From Spirochaetota bacterium (lineage in GTDB: Bacteria > Spirochaetota > UBA4802 > JAFGDQ01): a DNA stretch of 64,000 nt. The position numbers were made by a program, and so were the translations under genes. Positions 11,073 to 21,275 of this stretch are shown piece after piece. Within the stretch, counting starts at the first letter, position 1, and each line of letters opens with the position of its first letter. The notes beneath the pieces were generated by a model. It was not told where the DNA came from. It was given only the letters and a program-made list of their open reading frames with translations, and did no database searches. The stretch is taken from contig JAZDKB010000020.1 in NCBI GenBank assembly GCA_043803405.1, positions 44,064 to 108,063 on the forward strand, in the 5' to 3' direction.

Positions 11073-11924
11073 CTATTTTTGGGCAATAATAGCGATAGCC
11101 GGGCCATTTATATGATTTAACTCATGAAAATTAATTTTAATGTTAGAAAAATTGAAATGCTTCAAACACAATAAAAGATCTTCCTTTGTCAACCAATTAC
11201 TATATTTTTCTGTTCCTCCACAAAAGCTCATTCCGCCTAATGCTGTTTTGTATTTATACCGATTTAGCGTGTGTTTAAATCCAGCATGTTCAGAGACAAT
11301 TGGCCTACCAAATTTATGAGCAATGGAAGGCTTATTATTAATAATATCTTTATTGTAATACTGAGTCCATAGAAAAACCGTGTTAGCGACTTTTGATATA
11401 GACTCAATCAACTCAACAGGATTAATCATATGATAAAGTACACCAGAAGCAACGCATATATCATATTTTTCATTAGTATCTAATAGGAATTGTCTAAAAT
11501 CACCACACAACATCTTGACGTTATGCAAGTTTAGAATTTCTTTCATAATTAGGCATTTCATAAAAGCTCGTGTATTAGATTCAATAGCTTTAATTTCGGA
11601 AACCCCTGCCTTATGTAGCATGTAAGTATGAGCTGCTTCAAGTGGACCAAGCTCTAGGATCGTTTTCCCTTTTACTCCGCCAATCTCTTTAATAAGCCAA
11701 TTGATCCTTTCATCAGTAAATAATTCAGCCGATCCAGTCTTAATCCCATATTCTTCAGGTAATTTAGAAATCCATTCATCTTTAAAGATATCAACTGCGC
11801 ATTGAGGAGAAGGTATAACTTTTACATATTGGTCCAGAATGAATTGCTCACCTCTTAATATTTGTTTTATCTTTAATAGAATTGACTTGACCATGCTTAT
11901 AATAGAATAAAAATATTTAATCAT
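11073..11924 (-). CDS. Class I SAM-dependent methyltransferase
   Basis: ILELGPLEAAH motif I, YDICVASGVLYH; start moved to ATG 11924 behind GAGGT. Confidence 0.8.
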   Translation of the reverse strand: MIKYFYSIISMVKSILLKIKQILRGEQFILDQYVKVIPSPQCAVDIFKDEWISKLPEEYGIKTGSAELFTDERINWLIKEIGGVKGKTILELGPLEAAHTYMLHKAGVSEIKAIESNTRAFMKCLIMKEILNLHNVKMLCGDFRQFLLDTNEKYDICVASGVLYHMINPVELIESISKVANTVFLWTQYYNKDIINNKPSIAHKFGRPIVSEHAGFKHTLNRYKYKTALGGMSFCGGTEKYSNWLTKEDLLLCLKHFNFSNIKINFHELNHINGPAIAIIAQK

Positions 11925-12067
11925 ATTAACCTCGTATTTTATAAACGACGAGAACCCCCTCTTAAATGAAAGTACTTTTTTTCTATTTAATAAGGACACC
12001 AAAATAAAAATAATCCTGTATAAAACACTGTGTCCGTCAAGCATATACTTGTAATTTTTAAAAAAAT

Positions 12068-12575
12068 TTATTCCGGCGCCATTCCGCTTAGTATCCTTTC
12101 CGCATCGCTGTTTCTTAAATTTATTTTGTATATCTCGGAATAAAACTTTTTCATTTCACGGACAATATCCCAGTCCTTAATAAGGGCCTATTGTTTTTAT
12201 GCCTGCTTCGTGAACCTTGCTGATATTGATTTTTCCTTTAGGATAAAACACAAGATCAACTTTAAGTTTCAACAGTCTTTCGACATCCACTACACCTGGA
12301 GTTGTATTAACCGGAATGTCCTTCAGCTCAGGATAAAATTTACATGCCCATGGGGAAGCTTTTTGCGGCAGCAAGGCTATCCTTGATCCGCTGCTCATCA
12401 TGACAATCTTGTCATAAGCAGGATGATAAAAACATGCTATTCTTTGCGGGTAATCAGGTATTTCTGTTTTTGTTCCGTCAGGAGCAATGACTGTTCTTGT
12501 GCCAGCTGCGTTTATAATACTTGCATTAAAGATGAGTATTTTAATTAACATTAAGTATAAGGTTTTCTTTTTCAT
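12068..12575 (-). pseudogene. ABC substrate-binding protein with internal deletion and frameshift
   Basis: 132-aa N-terminal ORF followed in another frame by LIKDWDIVREMKKFYSEIYKINLRNSDAERILSGMAPE*, matching the C-terminus of the neighbour 12578-13627. Confidence 0.85.
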
Positions 12576-12577
12576 CT

Positions 12578-13627
12578 TTATTCAGGCGGAAGGCATTGGA
12601 GAATCCTTTCTGCATCCTTGTCTGTTATATTTTTTCCGTAAACTTCCGAATAAAATAACTTCATTTCTTTTATCATGTCCCAGTCTTTAATTAAATCGGG
12701 ATGGAATATCTTCGCCATGTAAATCATAAGGAGAATACTTTCGCCGCTCGCATGATCCCATGGAAAAACTCCCATGGGCAGATGATATAGCTTTCCGTTC
12801 TTTACAGCTCTCAGCGATGCCCACTTCGAGTCTTTTTTTACTTCATCAATAGAATCGCCCCAGCCGCTTATAAGAATTATATCGGGATCCCACGAAAATA
12901 CCTGCTCCATGCTTACTTCCACAAAGTTATTGTCCATAGCCTGGGGCAGAAAATTGCCGCCCGAGACTTCCGTGTTCCAGTGCATTACGCTTGCCTTACC
13001 CTGGCTGGAGAGCATGCCTCCTCCTCTCCTTCCTCCGAAATATACTTTAAGCCTGTCTTTCATATCTATCTTTGAAGTGATGGAGAGGATTCTTTTAATT
13101 TTATTATCAAAGTATTCGCAGTATTTATCTGCTCTCGATTTCGCGTCAGGACCAAGAAGGTCACCGAAAAAAAGGAACTGCCTTTTAAAGTTATCAATAT
13201 ATTTATCCATGGTTCTGGGCCTTTTTTGTGCTGAAAATCCGCACGCGGTTTTAAGTCCGGCAGCTTTGTATTTTTCCGCTTCGGCAGGATTAGGCGAATA
13301 TAGCACAAGATCTACTTTAAGCTTCAGCATTTTTTCAAGATTGCCTGTTGCATGAGGATTCTCAATATGATGGTCTTTTACTTCAGGAAACATACTGTAA
13401 GCCCATGGCGAGAACTTCATCGATAATACAAGGCGATCGCCTTTGCCGAGTATTATAATTCTCTCTGCGGATACGGAATGCATACACGCTATCCGTTTCG
13501 GGTTTGCAGGCACCTCGATTTTATTGTCGTCCATGTCAGTTATTATTTTATAATCACCTGCAATTAATGGTGTATAACACATGATCAATAATAGGAGTAG
13601 CGCAAATAGTAAAAAATTTTTATTCAT
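12578..13627 (-). CDS. Metal-chelate ABC transporter substrate-binding protein (FepB/BtuF-like)
   Basis: Signal peptide; ITDMDDNKIEVPANPKRI, VSMEQVFSWDPDII, AVKNGK. Confidence 0.88.
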   Translation of the reverse strand: MNKNFLLFALLLLLIMCYTPLIAGDYKIITDMDDNKIEVPANPKRIACMHSVSAERIIILGKGDRLVLSMKFSPWAYSMFPEVKDHHIENPHATGNLEKMLKLKVDLVLYSPNPAEAEKYKAAGLKTACGFSAQKRPRTMDKYIDNFKRQFLFFGDLLGPDAKSRADKYCEYFDNKIKRILSITSKIDMKDRLKVYFGGRRGGGMLSSQGKASVMHWNTEVSGGNFLPQAMDNNFVEVSMEQVFSWDPDIILISGWGDSIDEVKKDSKWASLRAVKNGKLYHLPMGVFPWDHASGESILLMIYMAKIFHPDLIKDWDMIKEMKLFYSEVYGKNITDKDAERILQCLPPE

Positions 13628-13628
13628 T

Positions 13629-14639
13629 TTAACTTCTCCATGCGTTATTCTGTTTCATCAGGAGATATCCAAGTAGAGGCGCTCCTATAAAAGATGTAAT
13701 AATGCTTATAGGTATTTCACCTCCAGGGAGAATTCGTACTATTGTATCTGTTAAAAGCAGAAATGCCGCACCCAGTATCGCGGCAAACGGGATCAGAACA
13801 TCGTGATCCGGGCCGATTATCATTCGCGATATGTGGGCAGCGATAAGGTCGACCCACATTATTATGCCGCAAGACGAGCTTCCTGCCGACACAATGAGCG
13901 TGCCGAATAGCATAAACATTATTCTCGCTCTTTTTACGTTCACTCCCATCGACATCGCCTCTTCGTCTCCAAGAGCCATCAGGTTAAGCTTCCACCTGAA
14001 TAAATATATCGCGCTTATTCCTCCCGATATTATTATTAAGCCGCGAATTACGTTGTTCCATGATACATTATTAAGCCCGCCCATTGACCAGAATATTATG
14101 GCTGGAAGCTGTTCGTACGGATCCGCAATATATTTTAAAAACGAGCCCGCAGCCTGAAAGAATGTAGATACAATAACGCCTGCTATAACAAGCGTAGTTA
14201 TTGTGTTTACTCCGCGGCTCCCGATTATATAAACTAAAATGACTGCACTTACAGCCCAGAAAAAAGCAAGGCTTTCTATCGAGAACGCGTTTTTGCTGAT
14301 AAATATAATCGCTATGGAAGCCCCGAATATAGCTCCGTGCATAATGCCCAGAAACGAAGGCGACACAAGCGGGTTTCTCATTAATCCCTGAAACACAACT
14401 CCTCCGGTTGAGAGAGCCGCCCCTGTGAGTATTGCCATAAGCACCCTCGGCAGCCTCACAGACCATAACACTATGGACGGGGTGGATAGCTCTCCATCCG
14501 GAATCTGCCCGGTAAGCTTTAATAATATTATTTTCCGGAGTGTATCAAGTTTTATGTGATACTGGCCTGTTGTGAGGGCAAATATTATACAAAGAACCAG
14601 CAGGGTTATTATTATAATGAACGCGCTCTTTTTTCCCAT
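13629..14639 (-). CDS. FecCD/BtuC-family ABC permease
   Basis: RLPR, FQGLMRNPLVSP, LGDEEAMSMGV, GEIPISIIT. Confidence 0.92.
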   Translation of the reverse strand: MGKKSAFIIIITLLVLCIIFALTTGQYHIKLDTLRKIILLKLTGQIPDGELSTPSIVLWSVRLPRVLMAILTGAALSTGGVVFQGLMRNPLVSPSFLGIMHGAIFGASIAIIFISKNAFSIESLAFFWAVSAVILVYIIGSRGVNTITTLVIAGVIVSTFFQAAGSFLKYIADPYEQLPAIIFWSMGGLNNVSWNNVIRGLIIISGGISAIYLFRWKLNLMALGDEEAMSMGVNVKRARIMFMLFGTLIVSAGSSSCGIIMWVDLIAAHISRMIIGPDHDVLIPFAAILGAAFLLLTDTIVRILPGGEIPISIITSFIGAPLLGYLLMKQNNAWRS

Positions 14640-14643
14640 TTGA

Positions 14644-15432
14644 TTATTGCTTGTAGTCGGGCAGTACGTATTCTATGCCTCTATCCGTATTTTCTATTGT
14701 TACCCTCATGTCGTACATTGACTCAAGTGATTCCGCGTGAAATATTTTTTCCCGCAGTCCCTGATGCACAACGCAGCCGTTTTTCAGCATAATTAGCCTG
14801 CTGCAGTATCTGCCCGCGATATTCGGGTCATGGAGCGTTATAAGAGTCGTAAGATTTTTTTCTTTTGATATTTTTTTGATGAGTTCCATTATCGTATACT
14901 GGCGTTTAAAATCGAGATGAGATGTAGGTTCGTCAAGAAGCAGTATGCCTGCCTTCTGGAAAAGCGCCCTTGCTATAAGCACAATCTGTTTCTCACCGCC
15001 GGAAAGCTCGTTATAACGCCTTCCTGCAAGATACTCTATGTTTAGTTCTTCCAACACTTCTATGGCGTTTAAATAATCCTTCTTCTGCGGTATGCCCGAA
15101 AAGCCGAAACGACTGCTGCCTCCCATGAGCACAATCTGCAGTACAGTAAAAGAAAATACAACGTTAAGTTCCTGGGGCACTACGGATATCTGCTTTGCGA
15201 TTTCCTCACGCGAAAGCTTTGCCAGTTCGCGGCCGTTTATTACTATGCTGCCGGATTTACATTTTATTATTCCGTTTATGCATTTAAGAAGAGTGGTTTT
15301 ACCTGAACCGTTTGGTCCCAGTAGCCCGCATATCTCTCCTGCCTCAACTGAAAAATTTATGTTGTTCAGAATATTTTTCTCGCGATAGCTGAAATCTATA
15401 TTTTTAATCACAAGGATTTCGCTTTTATGCAT
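14644..15432 (-). CDS. ABC ATPase (FepC/BtuD-like)
   Basis: GPNGSGKT, LSGGE, LLLDEPT, LHD. Confidence 0.92.
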   Translation of the reverse strand: MHKSEILVIKNIDFSYREKNILNNINFSVEAGEICGLLGPNGSGKTTLLKCINGIIKCKSGSIVINGRELAKLSREEIAKQISVVPQELNVVFSFTVLQIVLMGGSSRFGFSGIPQKKDYLNAIEVLEELNIEYLAGRRYNELSGGEKQIVLIARALFQKAGILLLDEPTSHLDFKRQYTIMELIKKISKEKNLTTLITLHDPNIAGRYCSRLIMLKNGCVVHQGLREKIFHAESLESMYDMRVTIENTDRGIEYVLPDYKQ

Positions 15433-15566
15433 AATTTGCCTTTAATTATTATATTTTGTATAATTTGCTCTTTCCTGAACCGACAGCAGCCGGGCTCCGG
15501 TGTACCTTATAAAACTTCTGAGTCATTCGCAAGTATAAGCTCAAAAACATTTATGTTCTTTTTTGT

Positions 15567-16625
15567 TTAATCCTTAATAGAAAACTCATCAAGGATCTGC
15601 CACGATTTCTCTTCCCCCTTGTTAATGAGTGCCTTCCATGCAACCGTTATCTTTCTGTCGTCAATAGTAACCAGAACGTATCCGTGATAATCGTTGTTGT
15701 GATATTCGCCCTTTACCCGGCTGTCCTTATATGCGCCCGACCATGCCCTGAGCCTGCCGCCGCCTGTGCCTGCAATGATTTGTCGGACAGGGTTGCCTGC
15801 GCTGTCCGGAATAAGAGCCCTGTTATACATGTGGTCGTGTCCGCAAAAATAAATCTTTGCTCCTGCTTTCCCTATGCTGTCCCAAAAAAGATCGCGGTCT
15901 TTGGAAAAATAAGAAAGATTATCTTTGTGATTCGTTTCAAACGCTGGCTCGTGAGCATAGATAAAGATGTGGAGCTTTTTAATACCAGCAAGCTGGCGGT
16001 TCAGCCATTCCTGGTTTACTTTATGCTGGCTTCCTGCGTAAAGATCGATCCCGATAATTAACGCGTTTTTATGAGTAAAACTGTAAGTAAGCCCCTGTTC
16101 GCAGGCAGGCCCGTTTTGAGGTATATACGATTCATTGAATACTTCTTTAAATGCTTTCTTTAACTGTAAAGACGCATCCGGCGGAGGTTCCAGATGAGAC
16201 GGTAATGGCGGCAATGCCAGGCGCTCCGGGCTGTCGTCGTGATTGCCGCGTACAGGATATACACGTATTCCTGCGCAATAAACCGCAGCCATAGCTTTCT
16301 TCCAGTCGGCATACTGGACGTTGTAATCTGTTCCATTGTTTTTCAGCCAGCCGTTTATAAGGTCGCCTGAAATGATCACAAATTCCGGTTTTTCTTTAAC
16401 AATATCCTCTGCAATTAAGCGAACTATTTTATCATTTATGCAGGATTTATTTATTTTATCATTATTATCGCTCTGCGTATCGCTAATAACTACAAATTTC
16501 CATTGCTTTGAATCCGCAGCAACAGGAACGCCGGTATTAAAAATGCGTATTACAGCAAATAAAATTAAAGGAATAAGGAGGACAAAAGAATAGATCCTAT
16601 GCTTAAGTTCGATTTTAGGCGGCAT
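15567..16625 (-). CDS. Calcineurin-like metallophosphoesterase, exported or anchored
   Basis: SDTQ, GDL, GNHD, HEP, GHDH; N-terminal hydrophobic segment. Confidence 0.88.
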   Translation of the reverse strand: MPPKIELKHRIYSFVLLIPLILFAVIRIFNTGVPVAADSKQWKFVVISDTQSDNNDKINKSCINDKIVRLIAEDIVKEKPEFVIISGDLINGWLKNNGTDYNVQYADWKKAMAAVYCAGIRVYPVRGNHDDSPERLALPPLPSHLEPPPDASLQLKKAFKEVFNESYIPQNGPACEQGLTYSFTHKNALIIGIDLYAGSQHKVNQEWLNRQLAGIKKLHIFIYAHEPAFETNHKDNLSYFSKDRDLFWDSIGKAGAKIYFCGHDHMYNRALIPDSAGNPVRQIIAGTGGGRLRAWSGAYKDSRVKGEYHNNDYHGYVLVTIDDRKITVAWKALINKGEEKSWQILDEFSIKD

Positions 16626-16664
16626 GATTTACACCTGTCTGATGGAATACGTCAAATTTGTTAC

Positions 16665-16702
16665 CGTTAAGTAGAAAAAAACATATCGTAACCAACTGTC
16701 AA
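16665..16702 (-). promoter_or_regulatory. ModE-like box A plus TTGACA
   Basis: CGTTAAGT-N8-ACATATCG (16665-16688); TGTCAA at 16697-16702. Confidence 0.7.
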
Positions 16703-16733
16703 GTGTTTTATCCGTAAATTTTGTTAAAAAGAG

Positions 16734-16769
16734 TTGACTAACCATCGTTATATTTAAAAAAATATAACG
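16734..16769 (+). promoter_or_regulatory. ModE-like box B upstream of the mod operon
   Basis: TTGACT (16734-16739), then perfect CGTTATAT-N8-ATATAACG (16746-16769). Confidence 0.85.
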
Positions 16770-16869
16770 GCTTGGATTAATATTTTATTCTCAGGTAAAT
16801 AAATTTCTAATTTCCTGCTTTACGCTCCCCGGCAAAGCTTGGAACTAAATGCTATTCAAAGGAGGCATT

Positions 16870-17724
16870 ATGTTTAATTTTATCCAGGATTCGGAAATAG
16901 ACAGATTTATTGAAGAAGATATGCCGTATGGAGACCTGACAACTCATCTTCTCGGCATTGGAGAAAAAAAAGGCGAGATTGTATTTTCCTCCCGCGAAGA
17001 AACAATACTATGCTGCACTGAAGAAGCAGGCAGGCTGTTCGAGAAACTTGGAGCAAAAGTTACTTTGATGCTCGCAAGCGGAACAACAGTGCCTCCGAAT
17101 ACGGAATTTTTACGGGCGATGGGTTCAGCGCAGGCACTGCACGCAGGATGGAAATCGGCGCTTAATCTGTTAGAGTACGCTTCAGGTATTTCCAGCAGAA
17201 CAGGTAGGATTGTTGCAGCTGCGCGCGCGATGAATTCCTCTGTTATGATAGCCTCAACACGCAAATTATTTCCAGGGACAAAGAAAATCGCCATTAAAGC
17301 TGTGATGGCAGGAGGTGCGCTTCCGCATAGGCTCGGGCTGTCCGAAACAATTCTTGTCTTTAAACATCATGCTGTTTTCATGGGCGGCCTGGATGAATTT
17401 TTAAAGACAGTGCCAGAGCTTCATTCGAGTGTAAAGGAAACAAAGATTGTAGTCGAAGCAGATAATTCCGAGGAAGCGCTAAAAATTGCCTCGAGCGGTA
17501 CGGACATTGTTCAAATAGATAAAATGAAACCCGCTGAATTAAGCATGCTGGTTAAAAAAATACGTGCTATAGCACCGGAAGTAAAGATATCAGCCGCCGG
17601 TGGTATTAATGAATCCAATGCAGCCGAATATGCCGCAACAGGAGTGGATATCCTCGTTCTTTCATCTGTCTATTTCGGGAAACCTGCTGATGTGAATGTC
17701 CGTATAATACCAATAAAGGAATAA
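16870..17724 (+). CDS. modD: ModD (NadC/QPRTase-like)
   Basis: EDMPYGDLTT, STRK, HRLGLSETILVF; heads the mod operon; start behind GGAGG. Confidence 0.9.
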   Translation: MFNFIQDSEIDRFIEEDMPYGDLTTHLLGIGEKKGEIVFSSREETILCCTEEAGRLFEKLGAKVTLMLASGTTVPPNTEFLRAMGSAQALHAGWKSALNLLEYASGISSRTGRIVAAARAMNSSVMIASTRKLFPGTKKIAIKAVMAGGALPHRLGLSETILVFKHHAVFMGGLDEFLKTVPELHSSVKETKIVVEADNSEEALKIASSGTDIVQIDKMKPAELSMLVKKIRAIAPEVKISAAGGINESNAAEYAATGVDILVLSSVYFGKPADVNVRIIPIKE

Positions 17725-17729
17725 TCAAA

Positions 17730-18467
17730 ATGATTAGATTAATTTGTTTGCTAATACCTCTTTTTTTTATGCAAATTTCCGTATTTGCCGCTGAGATTAC
17801 AATAGGGGCCGGAGTGGGATTAAAGAATGTTGTTAACGACATTTCAACCGAATATATCAAAAAAAATCCTGATATTAAAATAAATAAAAATTTTGTCGCT
17901 TCCGGGGTTCTGGCAAAACAATTGGAAAGCGGAGCTAAAATTGACATTGTTATAGTAGCAAACAGGGAATGGATGGATTACCTGAAAGAAAAAAATCATG
18001 TAAATAACAGCAGCATTACCTCTTTTGCCTATAATACTCTGGTTTTTGCAGGCAAAGGTATTAAAAGAGCTGAGTCTCTTAATGAAGTCATTAAGCTTGA
18101 TAGAATCGCAATCGGCAGCCCAAAAAGCGTACCGGCCGGCGAATATGCGCTTGAAGCGTTTAAGAATTCCGGATTAGATAAGCAGCTTGAAAAAAAATTT
18201 GTCCTGACACGTGATGTACGGGAATGTCTTCTGTATGCGGAACGGGGCGAAGTTGACGGCGCTTTTGTATATAAGACAGATGCGCTTCTTTCATCTGCTG
18301 TTGTGATCTGGTTCAGCGTTCCACAAGAGTATTACAGCAGGGTAGTTTATCTGTCCGCACTAAGTGCCGCAGGGGCAAAAAATAAATATGCTGCAGAATT
18401 TTTTAGTTATATTAACAGCGATGAAGGGAAAAAATTTTTATTAAAATATGGATTTGAAATCCGTTGA
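17730..18467 (+). CDS. modA: Molybdate-binding protein, paralog 1 (atypical N-terminal motif)
   Basis: SGVLAKQLE, SVPAGEYA, DVRECL, GAFVYKTDA. Confidence 0.85.
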   Translation: MIRLICLLIPLFFMQISVFAAEITIGAGVGLKNVVNDISTEYIKKNPDIKINKNFVASGVLAKQLESGAKIDIVIVANREWMDYLKEKNHVNNSSITSFAYNTLVFAGKGIKRAESLNEVIKLDRIAIGSPKSVPAGEYALEAFKNSGLDKQLEKKFVLTRDVRECLLYAERGEVDGAFVYKTDALLSSAVVIWFSVPQEYYSRVVYLSALSAAGAKNKYAAEFFSYINSDEGKKFLLKYGFEIR

Positions 18468-18518
18468 TTGGAAGATCAGGATTAATACAAAATATTATAT
18501 TAAGGAAGAAAAATCTTT

Positions 18519-19271
18519 ATGAAGAAAAAATCACTAAAATTGCTGTTATGTATATTTTGTACTGTATTGTTTGTTATCCCTGCCTTTGCAGGCGATATCA
18601 GTATTTCAGTAGCGGCCAGTCTTAAAGATGTAATGGCTGAACTGACGCAGAATTTTACCGTAAAAAATCCCGGGATAAAATTTCAAACAAATCTGGGCGG
18701 GTCCGGCGCGCTGGCAAAACAAATCGCAAGCGGCGCTCCTGCTGATATATTCTTTTCCGCGAACACGGAATGGATCGATTTTCTAAAAAGTAAAAAGCTC
18801 ATAGAACAAAAGAATATAAGCATCATGGCTTATAATGTGCTTGTGTTCGTAGGGAAACCGGGTTTAAAAGCAAATAAAATATCGGATATTACAACTTTTG
18901 AAAAAATTGCAATCGGCAGCCCAAAAAGCGTACCGGCCGGGGAATATGCGATGCAGGCTATTAAAAAAGCCGGTATAGAAAAACAGCTTGAAAACAAACT
19001 TGTTATGGCAAAGGATGTGCGTGAATGCCTTATGTATGCCGAGAAGGGCGAGGTGAGCGGAGCTTTCGTTTACAAGACAGACGCCGAAGAGAAGGCCAAA
19101 AATGTGAAGATTCTATTCGTTGTGCCTCAGGATATGTATTCGCGTGTTACCTACCCGATGGCTTTAACCGCTGCGGGAACAAAAAATCCGGAAGCTGTTG
19201 CGTTTTATAAATTTCTGCAGACGGATAAAGCAAAGGAAATTCTTTTGAGACATGGCTTCAATATAAAGTAA
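18519..19271 (+). CDS. modA: Molybdate-binding protein, paralog 2
   Basis: VAASLKD, GSGALAKQI..GAPAD.F.SAN, VPAGEYA, VYKTDA. Confidence 0.92.
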   Translation: MKKKSLKLLLCIFCTVLFVIPAFAGDISISVAASLKDVMAELTQNFTVKNPGIKFQTNLGGSGALAKQIASGAPADIFFSANTEWIDFLKSKKLIEQKNISIMAYNVLVFVGKPGLKANKISDITTFEKIAIGSPKSVPAGEYAMQAIKKAGIEKQLENKLVMAKDVRECLMYAEKGEVSGAFVYKTDAEEKAKNVKILFVVPQDMYSRVTYPMALTAAGTKNPEAVAFYKFLQTDKAKEILLRHGFNIK

Positions 19272-19380
19272 ATTGTTTTCCCTTTTTCAGATTAAAATAT
19301 TCTTTATATTTTTACGCCTTCATGGCTATACTTCAACAAGTAAGTATTCAATAAAAATTTAGTCAAAATGAGTAAAGTTT

Positions 19381-20067
19381 ATGCCGGAATTTACTGCTGC
19401 GGATTATTCAGCAATTTTGCTTTCAATAAAAGTTGCGGTAACGTCAACTGTTCTATCTCTTCCATTCGGTTTTATAACTGCCTATATCATGACATATAAA
19501 CGATTCAGGGGAATGATAGTACTGGATGTAATGGTCAATCTTCCGCTTACCCTGCCCCCGGTTGTGATCGGGTATATTTTGCTTTTGCTTCTGGCAAAAG
19601 ACGGGTTGATCAGCAGGATTCTGCTGCAGCCTCTCGGCATAAGTCTCATCTTCACCTGGAAAGCAGCGGTCATTGCAACTGCCATTGTGGGCTTCCCGCT
19701 AATGGTCAGGTCAATGCGAACAGGCATGGAAATGATCGACAGGCGGCTTATCCAGGCGTCGCGCACGCTCGGAGCCGGGCACCTGGACTCGATCATAACC
19801 GTGATACTGCCTCTTTCAGTGCGCGGGATAATCGCTGGCTCCATACTGATGTTCGCGCGCGGTCTGGGCGAATTCGGCGCTACTATTATTGTTGCAGGCA
19901 ACATCCCGGGAGTTACGCAGACCATTCCCCTTGCCATATACGAATATGTCAGTTCTCCAAAGGGAGACGCTATGGCCATTGCATTATGCGCAGTCTCTAT
20001 AACGATCTCGGTAATTGTCCTTGTGTTTCATGAATGGCTTGGAAGGCATACGGTGAAGGCCGGGTAA
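19381..20067 (+). CDS. modB: Molybdate ABC permease
   Basis: LPLTLPPVVIG, FARGLGEFGAT..VAGNIPG.TQTIPLAIY. Confidence 0.95.
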   Translation: MPEFTAADYSAILLSIKVAVTSTVLSLPFGFITAYIMTYKRFRGMIVLDVMVNLPLTLPPVVIGYILLLLLAKDGLISRILLQPLGISLIFTWKAAVIATAIVGFPLMVRSMRTGMEMIDRRLIQASRTLGAGHLDSIITVILPLSVRGIIAGSILMFARGLGEFGATIIVAGNIPGVTQTIPLAIYEYVSSPKGDAMAIALCAVSITISVIVLVFHEWLGRHTVKAG

Positions 20068-20068
20068 T

Positions 20069-21121
20069 ATGGAATTATCGTTCAATCTTAAAAAGAAATT
20101 CGGTGTATTTTCATTAGATATTAATTACTCTGCCCACGGCAACAGGACAGGCGTATTCGGCCCGTCAGGCAGCGGGAAATCCACTCTTGTTAATCTCCTG
20201 GCAGGGCTGGAGCATCCGGACAGCGGGTTTATAAGTCTTGACGGCGAAACGCTTTTCAACAGCAGCGAGCACATCAGCATTCCATCCGAGCACAGAAGAA
20301 TTGGGATCGTCTTTCAGCAGCCGCATCTTTTCCCGCATCTCTCGGTTAAGAAAAATCTCCTTTACGGATTCAAACGATGCAAACCGGAATATCGTAAAAT
20401 ATCACTGGAAGACATACTGGACGTGCTCCAGATAGGAAAGCTGCTGGACAGGAGTATAGCCAATTTGTCGGGCGGTGAAAAACAGCGCGTTGCTATCGGC
20501 AGGGCCGTGCTTTCCAATCCCAGGCTTCTTATTATGGACGAACCGCTTACCGGGCTTGACGATAAGCTGAAATTCCAGATCATTCCATTCGTTAAAAAAA
20601 TATGTGAGATATTTAATATCCCGTATATTTTTATATCCCACTCCATACTTGAAATGATGATAATGACAGACTGCGTCCTACCTGTATCCGAAGGCCGCAC
20701 TACCGGCAATGTTACCCCTGAAGGGCTTGCCTTAATTCACATGGAGGATTCTGCCGGTTATATGAATCTACTGAAGCTGAAAAACCCAAGGATGACCGAC
20801 GGTATGTTTGCATATAAATGGGGCAGCCAGGATGTCCTGGTTGCAGACGGGAGCGATTCCGGAGAATCGCTCTTTCAGATATTATCTACTGATATTATAC
20901 TGTTCAAGCGCCACCCTGAAGCCATAAGCGCCCGCAATCTTTTTAAATGCATTGTAAAGAATGTATTCCAGTCCGGGCACAGGCTTGGAGTTGAACTCGA
21001 ATGCGGCGGAGAGAAGCTCATTGCTGAAATAGTGAAAGAGTCGGCTGATGAACTTGGAATCCGTGAAGGCGCCGAGATTTTTGCAGCCATGAAAGCGGTA
21101 TCATTCAGGCGGTTGATTTGA
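20069..21121 (+). CDS. modC: Molybdate ABC ATPase with C-terminal TOBE
   Basis: GPSGSGKS, LFPHLSV, LSGGEKQRVAIGRA, SARN, TOBE-like tail. Confidence 0.93.
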   Translation: MELSFNLKKKFGVFSLDINYSAHGNRTGVFGPSGSGKSTLVNLLAGLEHPDSGFISLDGETLFNSSEHISIPSEHRRIGIVFQQPHLFPHLSVKKNLLYGFKRCKPEYRKISLEDILDVLQIGKLLDRSIANLSGGEKQRVAIGRAVLSNPRLLIMDEPLTGLDDKLKFQIIPFVKKICEIFNIPYIFISHSILEMMIMTDCVLPVSEGRTTGNVTPEGLALIHMEDSAGYMNLLKLKNPRMTDGMFAYKWGSQDVLVADGSDSGESLFQILSTDIILFKRHPEAISARNLFKCIVKNVFQSGHRLGVELECGGEKLIAEIVKESADELGIREGAEIFAAMKAVSFRRLI

Positions 21122-21275
21122 ACATAAAAGAAACTTCAGAACACTTCAAGCCGTTCCAAAATATATTAAAAGTCATATACCGATTAGCATAAATTCCAGT
21201 CTCAATAAAAAAGATGCCCCTTTACACAAGAGGCACCACGAAATAATAAAATTTTTTTGCAGCTTACTGAGGTAA

